Source: the human T2T-CHM13v2.0 reference genome, Homo sapiens. From it: 64,000 nt of DNA. This document shows, one piece after another, positions 39,464-53,130 of the stretch. A program made the translations under genes and the position numbers. Positions within the stretch are counted from its first letter, which is position 1. The number at the start of each line of letters is the position of its first letter. The notes beneath the pieces are model-generated. The model had not been told where the DNA came from and ran no database searches. It saw only the letters and a program-made list of their open reading frames with translations. The DNA lies in assembly GCF_009914755.1 (NCBI RefSeq), contig NC_060936.1; one strand, given 5' to 3'.

Positions 39464-39971
39464 TGTGGTGCTTAATATTGAGTATCAACTTGATTGACTG
39501 AAGGATGCAAAGCATTGTTCCCGGGTGTATCTGTGAGGGTGTCGCCAAAGGAGATTAACATTTGAGTCAGTGGGCTGGGAGACGCATACCCACCCTCAAT
39601 CTAGGTGGGCACAATCTAATCAGCTGCCAGCAGGGCTATGATAAAAGCAGGCAGAGGAATGTGAAAACATTAGAGTGGCTTTGTCTTCTGGACTTCATCT
39701 TTCTCCTGTGCTGGATGCCTCCAACATCGGACTCCAAGTTCTTCAGCTTTGGGACTCTTAAACCTTCAACCACAGACTGAAGGCTGCACTGTCAGGTTTC
39801 CTACTTTTGAGATTTTGGGGCTTGGATGGCTTCCTTCCTCCTCAGCTTGCAGATGGCCTATCATGAGATCTCACCTTGTGATCGTGTGAGTCAATACTCC
39901 TTAATAAACTCCTCTTCATATATACATCTATCCCATTAGTTCTGTCCCTCTAGAGAACACCTGACAATACA
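39464..39971 (+). mobile_element. MLT2A2 solo LTR (HERV-L LTR)
   Basis: 'tgtggtgcttaatattgagtatcaacttgattg...gttctgtccctctagagaacacctgacaataca'; TSD gtcta/gtctg. Confidence 0.9.
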
Positions 39972-40149
39972 GTCTGTGACCAGGAAAGGTAGAACACTAG
40001 GGAGTAGAAACAAAGGAATGGAGCTTAAGGTTATTGATCCTTACCTCCTAATGTCTCTGTGATAGAATGAAGAAAAAGAAGAAAGAGATAAGAATAAATA
40101 AGGACAAATAATGATTGCCTACTATAAAGTCAATGCTACTTGTATTACT

Positions 40150-40305
40150 GTGATTTAAAAAAAAATATGTGTGAAGCAGATATTACCCCTATGGTATAGA
40201 GAAGAGAATGGATGGTGAGGGAGGTTAAGTGGTTTGCTCAGATTAAACAGCTGGTGATAGTAGGCCCCAGGTACTTTTCTAATTTCAAATCTGTGATCTT
40301 AACAC
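40150..40305 (-). mobile_element. MIR fragment
   Basis: 'tattacccctatggtatagagaag...gaggttaagtggtttgctcagattaaacagctgg'. Confidence 0.6.
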
Positions 40306-40767
40306 CTGTTTTCAACTTTGGAGGCTGGGAGAAGAGTGATACCATTAAGAGAAAGAAACAGAAAAGCTAGTGCTGACTGTGATGGGGGAGCGTGGTGGGA
40401 GGATGAGAAGAGTAGCCCTGGTTGATTGTTTTTGTTATTGCTATAGTAATGCATTCACCTTTTACAGATCATTTCTGCCTTCGTATTACAAATAAGATTA
40501 CTTTGAGTATGTGTTTGGAAGTACTCTTCATGCGTACAAAACAATCGGGAATCTTTCCAAGAAAGCATAAACATCAAGCCTAGAAATTCTTCAAATAAAT
40601 CCGTCTATTCTTATTTATTTCTCTGAATATAAATTAGTGGCCTGCCACAGCTGACATCTGCAGAAAATCACTATGAAGAAACGCTTCTTCTGTAGAATGA
40701 TTCAGTAATATTTGTTACTTTTTGTAATAGATTGGGGAAATATGTTTTTCCACATGGCATATTTTTA

Positions 40768-40815
40768 CTTTTCCCTTCATGCTTATTTTTCCTTTTCCCT
40801 TCATGCTTATTTTTC
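40768..40815. repeat. Perfect 24-bp tandem duplication
   Basis: cttttcccttcatgcttatttttc x2. Confidence 0.9.
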
Positions 40816-43324
40816 TTGTGGATTGTTTTGCTCTACACCTAACCCATTGTTCTTTTCTTTCAATTTTTCTTCTAAATAAACACTGTTGCTTTTCTGAAGT
40901 AGTATTTTCAAATCCAAAATTAATCTCCTATATGCCTCAGGGTACCTTTTAAAAGTACACCTCCTGTGAGATATTTTCAGCCAATGCTTATTTGGTTGTC
41001 TAGTTCTTTATTTATCTTCTGACTCTGTAGCTGAAATGGATGGGGAGACTTGTGCAGATCACAGTCATATGCTTAGGAGATTTAAGAAAAAAACAAGACA
41101 AAACAAAAATAACACAGGAGCACTTGGAAAAGTTGGAATGAGGATGAGTATAATAGCCTGGGTGTACTCTAGTGAGATAAAGGCATACATTTCTCTTATT
41201 AAACTTTCTGTGACATTACATAGAATGAAAAACAAATTTTTTTAAACTTTAAAACAGAGAAGAACGTTTTAAAATAATGCCAAAATAGATTTGAAATCAT
41301 TTAGTCATATAAACATTATATTTTTATCAGTACTACAATTACGTTTTATTATTTAAGAACATATTAAAACTGTTGCAGTGTGCGAATTTCTAATTGTTCA
41401 CAAAAATAATGAGCAATCTTTTACCCTCCCTCATTCTCTTATGGGACTATATATTACTGCTTGAAGCACTTTCATGCTTTCTACCATTTTGTGACAGTGG
41501 TCATAGTTGTTATTAATTGTTCAGTGTTTCCTGAGAGCAGTGAACATTTGTGTCTAGTTGTTTGCCTGCCATTAGCAAGAAAAATGTCTGAAATGTATTT
41601 AGAGTATTTGTAGAATGAATTAATGAATGTGAAACATTATTTGAGCAGGTCATATATACATAAGCACAGTGGTTTTGATTGCAGACAAATAGACAATAAA
41701 AATGCTCTGAGTCACTCAAGCTGTGGGCTTGAAATATGTGGTTATGCTTCTCACTGCAGTTTACAGGTGAACAGGAAATGAAGTTTCCATTCTGAATTAC
41801 CTTGTGTTTATTTTATGATACAAAGCCTTACTAAATCTTTTGAAACACACTTATTTGATTTATGACCTATATTTTATAACTTCATATAAAAGATAAGCTA
41901 TTGAATTGAGGTTGCGATTTCTAATTGTGAATATTTCTACCTCTAACAATCACAATTTTATTTTTTAAAATTTTAATGTAGCATTTCCGGTAGTGGCTCT
42001 TCTGTTTGTGGAAATTCTATTGTGTGTCCTTCCGGTTCTTTCTGCAAAGGAAATATTATGTAGGTAAATACAGCAAATGTTATCTACATATTCATGTGAT
42101 TAGCCCATGAGAGGTACATTGTAATTTATTTTATTTCTTATTTAATATAAACCAGTATGCCTAATAAGCACAACTCATGATTTCATCAAGACACAATTGT
42201 TTCTAACTTCCATCATCCCTGTAAACCTTTGCTAGTGCCCTAATTTTCCTCTGTATGAAAATGCCATTAAACCTTTGTGTTTTCTGCTCAGACCAGTAGC
42301 CCCTCCAAATTGCATATAATCTCAACTCAGAAATTAGAATGTCTCCCATCTGTAATTAAACTTTGAATTTGCATCTCTTAAATCTTTTCTCCTTCTTCTA
42401 TTACCTACCCCTAGGTGCAGGGATCTGTTTTAGAATGGAAATTACAGGAAAAGAGGGGAAAGGGGTGGAAAGAAATAATGACTTCTCCTTCTACATTCCC
42501 CTAATAACTGCTGTTTTGACCTCAACAAGGTGGAGGAAGGATTGATCAGGGGCTAGGACAAAATAAACCTTCATTTGGTGTGGTTTGGTAGTAAGCTGTT
42601 TCCTGCATTGTGGCCTGGATGACTCTGATTTCTGACTTAGAATTTGCATTTCCAAGAGAAATTTCAGTCATCTGGAGATATTTCTAGGAAATATGTGAAT
42701 TGTAAATGGGAGAATATGCCGTATTCTGACCAAGGTGTCTTTATAACTCAACAATGTGATTACGTTATCATAAGACTTTCATCATAAATTCATTTTATTT
42801 CAGGTCAAGTATCACAAATTACCACTTTTTTCTGTTTACCAAATATTCTACTATTTCCTAAATACATTTTGACTCCCTTTTAACCTAGATAAATTTATAT
42901 AAGTAAATTATAGTTAACACAAATGAATAATCAGTGTATTTTACCATAAATGGGAGGTGTCCCTAAAACACATGCACAGTACAAGACCAAAACTAAATCA
43001 ATGTTATCAAATTTTAGCCTAAAGCTTGCCCTTTCTTTGTTAAAATGGGAGCTTAGCCAGCCATAGAAGGAGGTTGAAGACATACTGGCACCAAACTGTG
43101 AACTTTTCTTAATGTAATCAGAAGCTTTGGAAGAGGACAATTTTCTCACTGTGTAATTCGGTGTAATTTAAGGCCATGCCTGTATGCCATCTGAAATCAA
43201 TTTATGTGCTACCAGTGGGTATTTGTCCCACATTGTGGAGAATACTGCTCAACATTTCACCCTGCGTGATCACCTCTTAGGATTATAGTGAGTTTCAGAA
43301 AATATATGTTAAAGGACTTCAACA

Positions 43325-43550
43325 GCATTAGCAGTAATTGCTAACTGTGTCAGAACCTATGCTAAGCCATTTACATATATTATTTTGTTGCATAATATCT
43401 ACAATCTTATCGTGTAGGTATTAGTATCTACATTTTAGTGATGAGGAGGTGAAAGTTTATAGAGATTAATTTACTAGAGGTTAAATGATTAGTAAATGGC
43501 AGTGCTGAGATTTGAACCTTGGTTGGCTAACTCCATAGAGCACTCATGCA
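43325..43550 (-). mobile_element. MIR, near full length
   Basis: 'tgctaagccatttacatatatt...gtaggtatt...cattttagtgatgagga...agtaaatggcagtgctgagatttgaacc'. Confidence 0.75.
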
Positions 43551-43699
43551 AACACGATAACATGTATATGATTTACATTTAATATTACATTAAAGCTAAT
43601 AAGAATATTGTGCTGTTTCTATTTTGTTTTTGGCTACTTCTGCATTCCAAGGGAGATACATATTCTTTTAATTCTTTTAGATTTTGTTTTATAATTTAC

Positions 43700-44230
43700 G
43701 CCACCATGTTTCTTTTACATAATTTTGTATGTAGATACACGTACACACACACAAACATACAGAAAAATGCTCAGATCATAAGGGTACAGAGGTGGATAAA
43801 TTTTTATTAACTGAACACAGCCATTTAGCAACACTCAGATCAATAAACAGGTCATCAGAAGCACCCAGAAATTTTCTCCTGTACCCCACTAGTTCCAACC
43901 TACCCAAGAGTCACTCTTATGTTGACTTCTAACATCATAGGTTAGTTTTGCCTATCTTACATTTGATAACAAAGTCATGCATTGGGTACTCTTCAGTACT
44001 TGGTTGCTGCTGCTTAACATTATATTTGTGAAATTCACCTATGTCACTGCATGAAATGCTTATCCATTCTGTTAACGGACATTGCCATAATTACCAGTTT
44101 TTATCTACCAAAAATATTTCCCCGAATGTTCTTGCAGATATATTTTGGGAACTTATGTATGCATTTCTTGTCTGGTGATCATCTAGGGGTGGTATTATTG
44201 GTTGTAGGAGATGCATATCTGTAGTTTAGG
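43700..44230 (-). mobile_element. Old L1ME 3' fragment
   Basis: 'gacttctaacatcataggttagttttgcct', 'cttaacattatatttgtgaaattcacc'. Confidence 0.65.
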
Positions 44231-44821
44231 GGAAAAAAAATTAGTTTTCTTATCCTCTGTCAACAAACGTTCATTTGTCCTTTGGACCTGCATCCAAATT
44301 TCCTTTGAGGGAAAGACTGACCATGACATGCAATCTTCTTAATGCAATAAATCAAGTTTTCCTACTCCAGAAGCAAAAGGGGTCCTTGGAGACTTCTTTT
44401 ACTAGAACTTAACTAGGATTCTTAGGAAAAATATAGAAGTCTATGATCAAAGCTTTTTCAAAAAGATTCTTTTTTGGGAGGAATGTGAATAGTGAATAAA
44501 ATAATTCAAAACAGAACAAATGGTTGGCATTTGATTCTAGTAGCAGCAGTGGTAACTTAAAGTCTGGTAAGATTTGTTGTTGTCTGCTTCTTGTCAGTTT
44601 TAATCCTGGTGTTTTTTGTTTGTTTGTTTTTGCCTTCCCCTGACCCTGTGAACTCCTCTATATACTTCCAAACATATATTCCATTAAAAAAAAATCCATA
44701 TTGGTTTTTGTTGACTGCAACCAAAGAAACTTATGTCATACATAACCTCATCCACTACATATCAATGACAACTTTTCTCTTGGTATGCTACAAATAATTG
44801 CCCATTTCACTATACTCTGAA

Positions 44822-45533
44822 TGATATCGACAGGAGACAGGGAAATACAGGGTAGAAGAGGACGGTTCCCTGGCAAAGGTCCCACCCTCAAGCTTGGAAA
44901 CCCGTGGCCGTAAGGAATTCCTGTTTTCATGCCCAACGTTGCCTTTTGGCTCAACACACCCCCCTATCCTGTACCTATATAAACCCCAAACCCCAGGCTC
45001 CAAGAGCAGAAGAGCAGCAGAGCGGTACAGCTGAGGAGAGAAGAGAAGGAGTGTCTGAATGTCAAGAGGAATTCAGCTGGGATGGTGGGAGAGGAGAGGT
45101 TGTGGGATGGCTGAACTCCAGGGGAAGATCATCTTCTTACTCCATCCCCTTTCCGATTTCCCATTCATCCCGCTGAGAGCCACCTCCATCACTCAATAAA
45201 ATTCCCTCATTCACCATCCTTTAAGTCCATGTGACCTGGTTTCTCCTGAACACCGGACAAGGAGCCCAGGAACCAAGAGGGCATGGTATAAAGGCTGTCA
45301 CCCTGATTCTCTACTGAGCTGGTTTAGCACTTATTTATCTGTGGATGGCAAGTGCTAAAGGAGCATTAATTGTAACATATCCCTACATGCTACCGTGGGG
45401 CTGGAACACTAAAGCGCTTGCCCAGGCTCTGTGTGCTTCCCCTCCCATAAGGGGTTTGAGCATGGCAGCCAAGCAAACGAGCCACACCCCTGTTGTAAGT
45501 CCCACAAGGGGGTCAGGGAACTCTCTCATCTCA
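44822..45533 (+). mobile_element. ERV1 solo LTR (LTR1 group)
   Basis: 'tgatatcgacaggagacagggaaatacagggtagaagagg...ctctctcatctca'; TATA-like 'tatataaa' and AATAAA; 4-bp TSD TGAA on both sides. Confidence 0.9.
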
Positions 45534-46524
45534 TGAAGAATGTGATGGATTCTGAAATAACCCTGGCAGCTACATATAGATGAGGACATCTATAAAAAGT
45601 ATGTACTTATGATTTCTGGACAAAGTATAAATGCTTTCTATAAATAAGGCCTGGGGGGAAAAATGGCCAGGATTATGCCTCTCTTCCTTAGCCACACTAA
45701 GAGGTCAATATTAAAGGAGAGAGATTTTGGCAGTAAAGGAAATTTTGCCTTCTATAGTTGACATTTACTGACTATAAAAATCATACACTATTTATAAATG
45801 TTACTTTACATTTCAGATTAAGTACATTAAATGGTAGTGTTCATATCACTTTTTATCAGGAGTGATAAGGACAATAAATAAATGGTCATTTGCCATGAAA
45901 TTAATAGCTTGGGGAGAATTTCTGTCAAGTATCCTGATGTGTGTTTCACCTGGTCAAATTACATTAGATCTGCTTAAAGATTTAACAAAGTGTGTTTTAC
46001 TTAATTCTTAAATTTTAAACTTGTCTACTTATATTTGGAGTTGACTTTTTAACAATCAGTTTATCCACAAAGAGGAATCATGAGACTGTGATGCCCTTGT
46101 TTAATTGCTGTTTGTAAGCTTTAGCTCTTTGGAGCATGCATTTATGGTCTTGAGTAAAGATTGTTCTAATGAATAAGCATTGAATCTCAGATACCAGGTC
46201 TAAACTGAAAGGGAACTTCAAATGACATTTTGCAGGATAATGTGAGTGGATATGTTAACTACTTGAATCACATTAGCCTCAATTGTCCCTCAGATGATTG
46301 ACTGTGCCATTAATTGTCAACATTCTTCTGTCCTGCTCTTCCCAATTTCATCTCTGCTTGCAATGAGAAATGCTTAGTTGAAAAATTCTGGGGATACTTT
46401 TTAGGAGAGTTATGCCCTAGAGTTAGGGATACTAGCCCTGGAGTTTTAGGTCTGGCAGATAGATTGGGGTTGAGCTATAGGAGGTGACATAAGCAAAAGC
46501 TAACGAGGTAGGTAACGTAGGGAG

Positions 46525-46700
46525 ACTGCTGATTGAAATTCTGATACCACCACTTACTAGCTTTGTGTTCTTGAACAAATTACATAACCCACTAATATTC
46601 AGATCCTAATCAGTAAATGTAGATTTGGAATATTATCTGCTTTGATATAAGATTAGTAAAACACTTAGTCTAAGCTACACTGGATATTAACCATTATTAT
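46525..46700 (+). mobile_element. MIR fragment
   Basis: 'ttgaaattctgataccaccacttactagctttgtgttcttgaacaaattacataacc'. Confidence 0.7.
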
Positions 46701-46799
46701 ATACAGGTTCCTTCATTGCAGTCTTGGGAGGTGTCAAGAAGTCTGCACTCCAGCTTACAAAATGTGAAATCTCAGAAACTAGACAAGATCTTTCTGGTC

Positions 46800-47030
46800 A
46801 TCTCTTCTAAAGCATCTTGCATTTATTCTTTAATGTACTTTTCATAATACATAAAATGTGTGAACTTTTTCTCTATGTCTCTTTTTCTGACTGAGGTTTA
46901 AGTTTCACTTGGGCAGGGATTATGTTATTTTGATAATGAATGCATTCTCAATACCTAGGCAAATACTTGGCATATATTAAGTGCCAAATCAGTATTTGTA
47001 GAATGAATGTATGGATGAACCAATGGATAG
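46800..47030 (+). mobile_element. L2 3' end
   Basis: 'gggcagggattatg...acctaggcaaatacttggcatatattaagtgccaaatcagtatttgtagaatgaatg'. Confidence 0.7.
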
Positions 47031-47186
47031 ATGGATTGACGATAGTCATTCAGGGCAGTCATAGGGATACTGAACGGCTCCTCAAACTGCAAAGATTACT
47101 TTACTTACACATCAGACTTTAGTTGCACTAACATTATATCTTCATTGACTATAACTAATTCTTAAACACAGAAGTGATTTGATGAA

Positions 47187-47270
47187 TATTAAGTTGAACA
47201 ATATGAAATTGCCAATATTCAACTATTTCTAACCTATAAAAATGACAATTTCCCATAGTCTAATTTAATA
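47187..47270. mobile_element. MADE2 mariner MITE (palindromic, ~80 bp)
   Basis: tattaagttgaacaatatgaaattgcc ... gacaatttcccatagtctaatttaata: inverted ends with TA. Confidence 0.8.
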
Positions 47271-48153
47271 CTTGAACAGACTGGTAAATAGATATTTTAA
47301 TCCTAAAGTAATTCCCTATTGTGATTTTGATTTTAAATATAAATATATATATTTATGTCTTCATTTTGTATCACAAAAAATGGGAACTATGCAATAGACA
47401 TTTAAAGAACTCCATTTTGAGATATAATTATCTCGAAATTTCCAGGATTAAATACTGAAACTTGGTATTATAAATAAAGCTTTCCAGGATCTTTGACTAT
47501 TTTCAAAACTTTACTACTAATCTTGCCATTTGTGGCTCGTTGAAACAAAATTAAACCTCCATCAGTTAGACTTCTTAAAGGGCATTGCTTACCTGTTTTT
47601 TCAATTCAGTCTGTAATATTTGGGAATGCACAATCTAGCTCATGGAGCTTTGGATAGCAACACCTGGAGAGTATGACTTTTTTCCTTTTTAAACTTAGGA
47701 TTTATTGGAGATGACAAAAAGATTCGTTGGCAATAACTGAACGTATTAAGCAATGAGATATGTATGTTTTCTACTCAGGCATAATGATGAACAACTGTGC
47801 ATCTATAGACTGGTTTCTGATATCAATTTCTACTTCCTCTGACATGGAAAGTACTTGTAATCGTTAACCTTGGAACTAAGGACTAGGATCTCTTCTGGTG
47901 ATTGAGATTCTTTATCTAAATTCTGCTTTTCCTCTTCTGAGTCTTATGACAATGATTTTTCTGAGCTATCTGCTTTTGAACTTAGACCATTATCAATCAT
48001 GCTAAATGCATTATTGTATGTATTTGTTGAAAACACATTTTTTAAAATTAGATTTTTTGTGATTTATATAGAAGAATTTGTGTCTCTTCAATATTATGTC
48101 ACAAAGAGTGGAAGCTTGTTTTTTTTAGGAAAAAAAAAATAAATTTACATGTG

Positions 48154-48387
48154 CAGTCATCCCTCATTGTCCTCAGAAGTTGGTTCCAGAACCTCAGCTT
48201 TACCAAAATCCACTCATACTCAGTCCTGCAGTTGGCCTTGCAGAACCCTTGTGTTTGAAAAACTGGGCATATAGGTGGGTTTCACATACTGTGGATACTG
48301 GATTTTCCATCTGTGTTTAGTTAAAAAACAACCCCACATATAAGTGAACCCATGTAGTTCAAACCCCTGTTGTTCAAGAGACACCTA
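48154..48387 (+). mobile_element. MER8 (Tigger MITE)
   Basis: 'cagtcatccctc...ttggttccag...taagtgaacccatgtagttcaaacccctgttgttcaag'. Confidence 0.85.
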
Positions 48388-50589
48388 TATTTATTTTTAA
48401 TTAGTGGTCATGGCCGTGGCTTCTTGAATATATGTCTTTCTCCTTAACATGAGTGTGCATGTCTAGGTTCTTTCTTGCTAACAATTAACTTTATTTTTTT
48501 TTACACTACGGCCATGGTGAGTGCAAAGATTAGTTCAGCTGGAAATCAGAATCATGCCCTTTGATTCCAAAACATATTTTAAGCTCATTAAGAATAGTCA
48601 AGTATAGTTTGAAATAGATGGCAAGCCAAAGAGTTTTTATTAAATGCCAAGTGATTTGCCTGTTTTTTAATTAAATTTAATAATCATAGGCTTGGAAGAT
48701 ACCTACAACAGTCTGGTGAACATCTTAGTGTTTCTCAAACTGTATACCAGCTGTATCATCAAATAAAGCTGTGTTAAAGTATAACAGCTATGTTCAAATC
48801 TCTCTAGGTGATTGCACTGTACAACTAAAAGTCAGTCTGGTGTTTACTTATCCTTACTGTCAGAATATTTTGGTATATGATTAGGAATTTTTCATTGTTC
48901 ATTAATCCTATATTTTGTTCAATTTTGAATATACTTTGGGAATAATTATTCATCATGCTCTGATATATATTAAGTCTTTCTAGTGCCTCAAACTTATTCT
49001 AGACCTTTGCTTTTAGTATTTCCTAACCCTTGAGTGTTTTTCTTCACTTTGGTAATTTAGAAAGCTTCATCTTCCATCTATGCTGCTATTCTATGTATAA
49101 AAACACCTTAGTAACTCATTAGCTTTAATAGGATCACACCACTGGTTTATATTTCTTTAGCATGTTAATCAGCACGACCTTCAGGACTTCAGTATCTTTG
49201 GGGAGACTTACAATAAAGCATTTACTTTAATTATTTGCTTGAATATTGCATTTGATACTCACTTTGATTTCTGCTATTTATTTCATATTTGTTAATCCAG
49301 TTAAATTACAAAAGATCTGCATTTTCACACTGTAATTTAGCATTATGAAGGTAATAAACTGTAGTATAAAATGTGTTGTTAATTTTAATCGGACTCTTCC
49401 ATTCTTAGCACTTATGTTACCTTTTTTTGACCTTCAAATTTATATATATGAAACAAATTTAAAAATTGGAGATAGGCATCAGTGGGCAGTGTATACATTA
49501 ATGTGGACTATGTCAAGGGTTTTTTTATATATATATTATTTTCAAGCAATATAGTCAAACATGGAAATAATTGAGTATTTCCTCTTAGTACCTTGTTCTA
49601 ACTGAATGTTTCAAATGAATTCACTAAGAATTCTTGAACTATAGCAATATAAATTTATACTGGAATATTGCATTTTTAATTTATTAAATAACATATAACT
49701 ATTTTATTTGCTTTAATTCTAACTCAACTCAAATCAAGCAGTATGATACAACATAATAGTTCCTACTACATTTTGGGAGAAACTAGTTCGCTTCTGAGAA
49801 TAACTGCCCTCTCAGAATATTTTTTTAAAAACCAAATGAAACTCATTTTAATAGAAAAATCCTCCTAATCATGTGAATTATCCAGTATGAGCTTTAGGAA
49901 CATTAGTTTTAGTGATATATATGGGAATAAATGCACATAAAGAAGTAAAGGTCCTCTGAAAAATAAAAATAAATAATGTAAACTATAATAAATTTAGATG
50001 TTGACATGAGATAGAATTTACTGCTAAGTCCCCCAAACAGGAATTATTCTAAAAAGTGTGGTATATTAATCTATTAGAGTAAATATGCAAGCTTGTAATA
50101 GAATATAGTTTAAAATACATCAAGATCAGACAATAGCAACCCGCAATATGGTTTATAAAGCCTGAGTGTAACAGAGAGATAAAAGTACTAGATTTAATAT
50201 ATATAGAGATCTGGCAAGCGGCACAGGTGTTGTTATAACATCCGGTAAGCAGTTAGGGGATGAAAGAAGATAGGCAAGTCCTGGAAGGGTTCCTGAGTAG
50301 AAAGAGGTTGGCAGATCCCTGAATTCTAGGAAGGCTAACAGAATTCAGAATTTTAGGGGAGATATTCAAGAGTAATATCATAACCAAGTAGGGCTGGCAA
50401 GTTCTAATTTTAGTACTACTGATTTCTCATTTTTAAGCCTCACCTAGGTGTACCATGAAATAATTTATAGTGAGAAGGAAGTCAATTTCCCTAGATATAT
50501 TTTACCTTTCGTTAAGTTAGGGACAAAGCGGAGAGACTTACTGAAATTTATGTGTAATAATAATAGGTAATAAATTGTGTGTGCAAGTT

Positions 50590-53130
50590 GGGGAAGGCAT
50601 GTTCAAGAAAGGACTTCCTGGGTAGGTAAATTTGAAAAAAGACATAAATGAAGTGAATGAACAAGGCTTTCAAATATATGGAGGAAGAGAATTTAAGGAA
50701 GAGTACACAATAAATACAAATACATTGACTTCAGAAAACAAGGAGATGAGTTTTAGGAGGTATGGTTAAAGAGACAGAAAGGAGATAGATCATGGAGGAC
50801 TTACTAGACCATAGTTTAAGGCTCTCATGGTTAACTAGATAGGTAGCCATTTGGGGAGGTTTTATGTGAGAAATGTCATAATTGGATTAAAAAAAAACTG
50901 CTCCAGCTACTATGGAGTTAATGTCTTAGACTAAAAGACTAGAAGTGGAGGTAAAGAGAAGTAGTCAGGTTCAGATACATTCCAAAGGCAGAGCACAATA
51001 TAGTTACTCATAATGTAGGATTTCAATTTTGGATACAAGGGAAAGAAAATATGGCTCCAAATCTTTTGGCTTGAGCAATTGGAAGAGTGATAGCGCCAGG
51101 TTTGGAGAGGACAGAGAGAATTCAGTTTCTATTTTAGAAACTTTAAATGTGAGAGGTCTATTAAAGATTCAAGTCAGCATACTGAGATTTGGCAGTCAGA
51201 TGTACAAGTTAAGAGAGAATGAGGAAGTTCTGAATGGAGATAGAAATTTAGGAGTTATCAAATTGTATAGATAGTTTCCAAAGCCCTAAGACTAAATAGC
51301 ACCCCTAGGAAGTGAGGGTTGACAGAGAAAGCAGAGAGAAAAAGATTGAACTTTGGGTTATTCTAGCATTCAAGAGTCAGGAAAAGAAAGAAAATACAGA
51401 AAACGAGTCAGAAGAATAGGAAGATTAAAAACTGGGAGAGTGGCGATTCCTCAGGGATCTAGAACTAGACATAACATTTGACCCAGCCATCCCATTACTG
51501 GGTATATACCCAAATGACTATAAATCATGCTGCTATAAAGACACATGCACACGTATGTTTATTGCGGCATTATTCACAATAGCAAAGACTTGGAACCAAC
51601 CCAAATGTCCAACAATGATAGACTGGATTAAGAAAATGTGGCACATATACACCATGGAATACTATGCAGCCATAAAAAATGATGAGTTCATGTCCTTTGT
51701 AGGGACATGGATGAAATTGGAAACCATCATTCTCAGTAAACTATTGCAAGAACAAAAAACCAAACACCGCATATTCTCACTCATAGGTGGGAATTGAACA
51801 ATGAGATCACATGGACACAGGAAGGGGAATATCACACTCTGGGGACTGTGGTGGGGTGGGGGGAGGGGGGAGGGATAGCATTGGGAGATATACCTAATGC
51901 TAGATGACGAGTTAGTGGGTGCAGCGCACCAGCATGGCACATGTATACATATGTAACTAACCTGCACAATGTGCACATGTACCCTAAAACTTAAAGTATA
52001 ATAAAAATAATAATAATAATAATAATAAAAAAACTGGGAGAGTGTAATATATTGGAATTCAAAAGAAAATATTCCAAGGAGAAAGAAATGTCTAAATTAA
52101 ATGCTGCTGAGAAGTAAAGTTAGGACTAAATATAGACCATAAAGCCACAGAATTACCACATGAAGATTATCAATATCGTTGAATAAATCAATTTTAGTGA
52201 AATAGTTGTGATTAAAGCCCTAAGAGATGCAATGGAGACAGTAAACATAAACCTTTTGAGAAATTTTGCCAAAATGCAAATAGAGAAATTGGGCAATAAC
52301 CAGATGATACACAGAATATTAAAGAGTTTTCTTTTTACTTTAGTGAGAGCTATTATACAATGTATGAAAATAGAAGTGATCCAGTAATGAGAGAAACAAA
52401 TAAAATTATGCCTGAAAGTGAGGAGTTAACTGAAGGAACAAAATCCTTGAGCTAGAGAGGAAGATGAAATGCATGTAAGTGGATGGGTTGACCTTAGGTG
52501 AATGTAGCAACTTCTCAGCCCATTTTAACAGGATAGATATTTAGGACACATAGATATAGCTGCAAACATGATATCAGACATGAAGGATGAGAAGAAAATT
52601 CTATTTTGGCTGCTTCAAATTGCTCAGTGAATTAAGAATGAAGTTTTCACCCAAGGGTGAGGAGGAGAGGTGGGGGCTGGAAATTTGAGGAGTTTCCTCT
52701 TTGGGATTGAGTGAAGTTCCTGAGGATATATATTGGAATCATATCCAATATGATATGATAGGGAGGAGTACTGCTGAGGTCCCAGTGGAGATAAGTAGTC
52801 ACAAATGAAAGGAAACTTAGCCAGAATGGTTGTATATGCTTTCTAGTGTCATTTTGAGCAGCATAGATGCAAGTATGATGTGGTAAGATAGGTTTAATCA
52901 TTTTTTTTTTAAGTTGGTAAAGGACAAACTACAAGGGAGTTCAAATTTTATTCAAAGAATAGATGAGAGTTATGGGCCAGAAATCTGAACTGGATAAAAA
53001 GTAAATGAGAAAATGAAGGGGCTGATGGCCACCAAAAAATGGTAGTATCAATGAATTAGTGGTCTCAATGGGTTGAAGAGTTATTGGTGTGGGGCTAACG
53101 ATTACAGTAAGTGAGCTGGAAAGTTAGGAA
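50590..53130 (-). mobile_element. Long diverged L2 segment, interrupted by L1PA2
   Basis: Purine-rich antisense L2 motifs 'ttttggcttgagcaattggaaga', 'gagatagaaatttaggagttatc', 'taaatgctgctgagaagt'. Confidence 0.7.
51443..52028 (+). mobile_element. 5'-truncated L1PA2 with (AAT)n tail
   Basis: ORF2 end at 51555-51797; 3'UTR 'gctagatgacgagttagtggg' (GAG, not the L1HS-Ta ACA); 16-bp TSD aaaaactgggagagtg at 51427-51442 and 52029-52044; TT/AAAA site. Confidence 0.95.
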
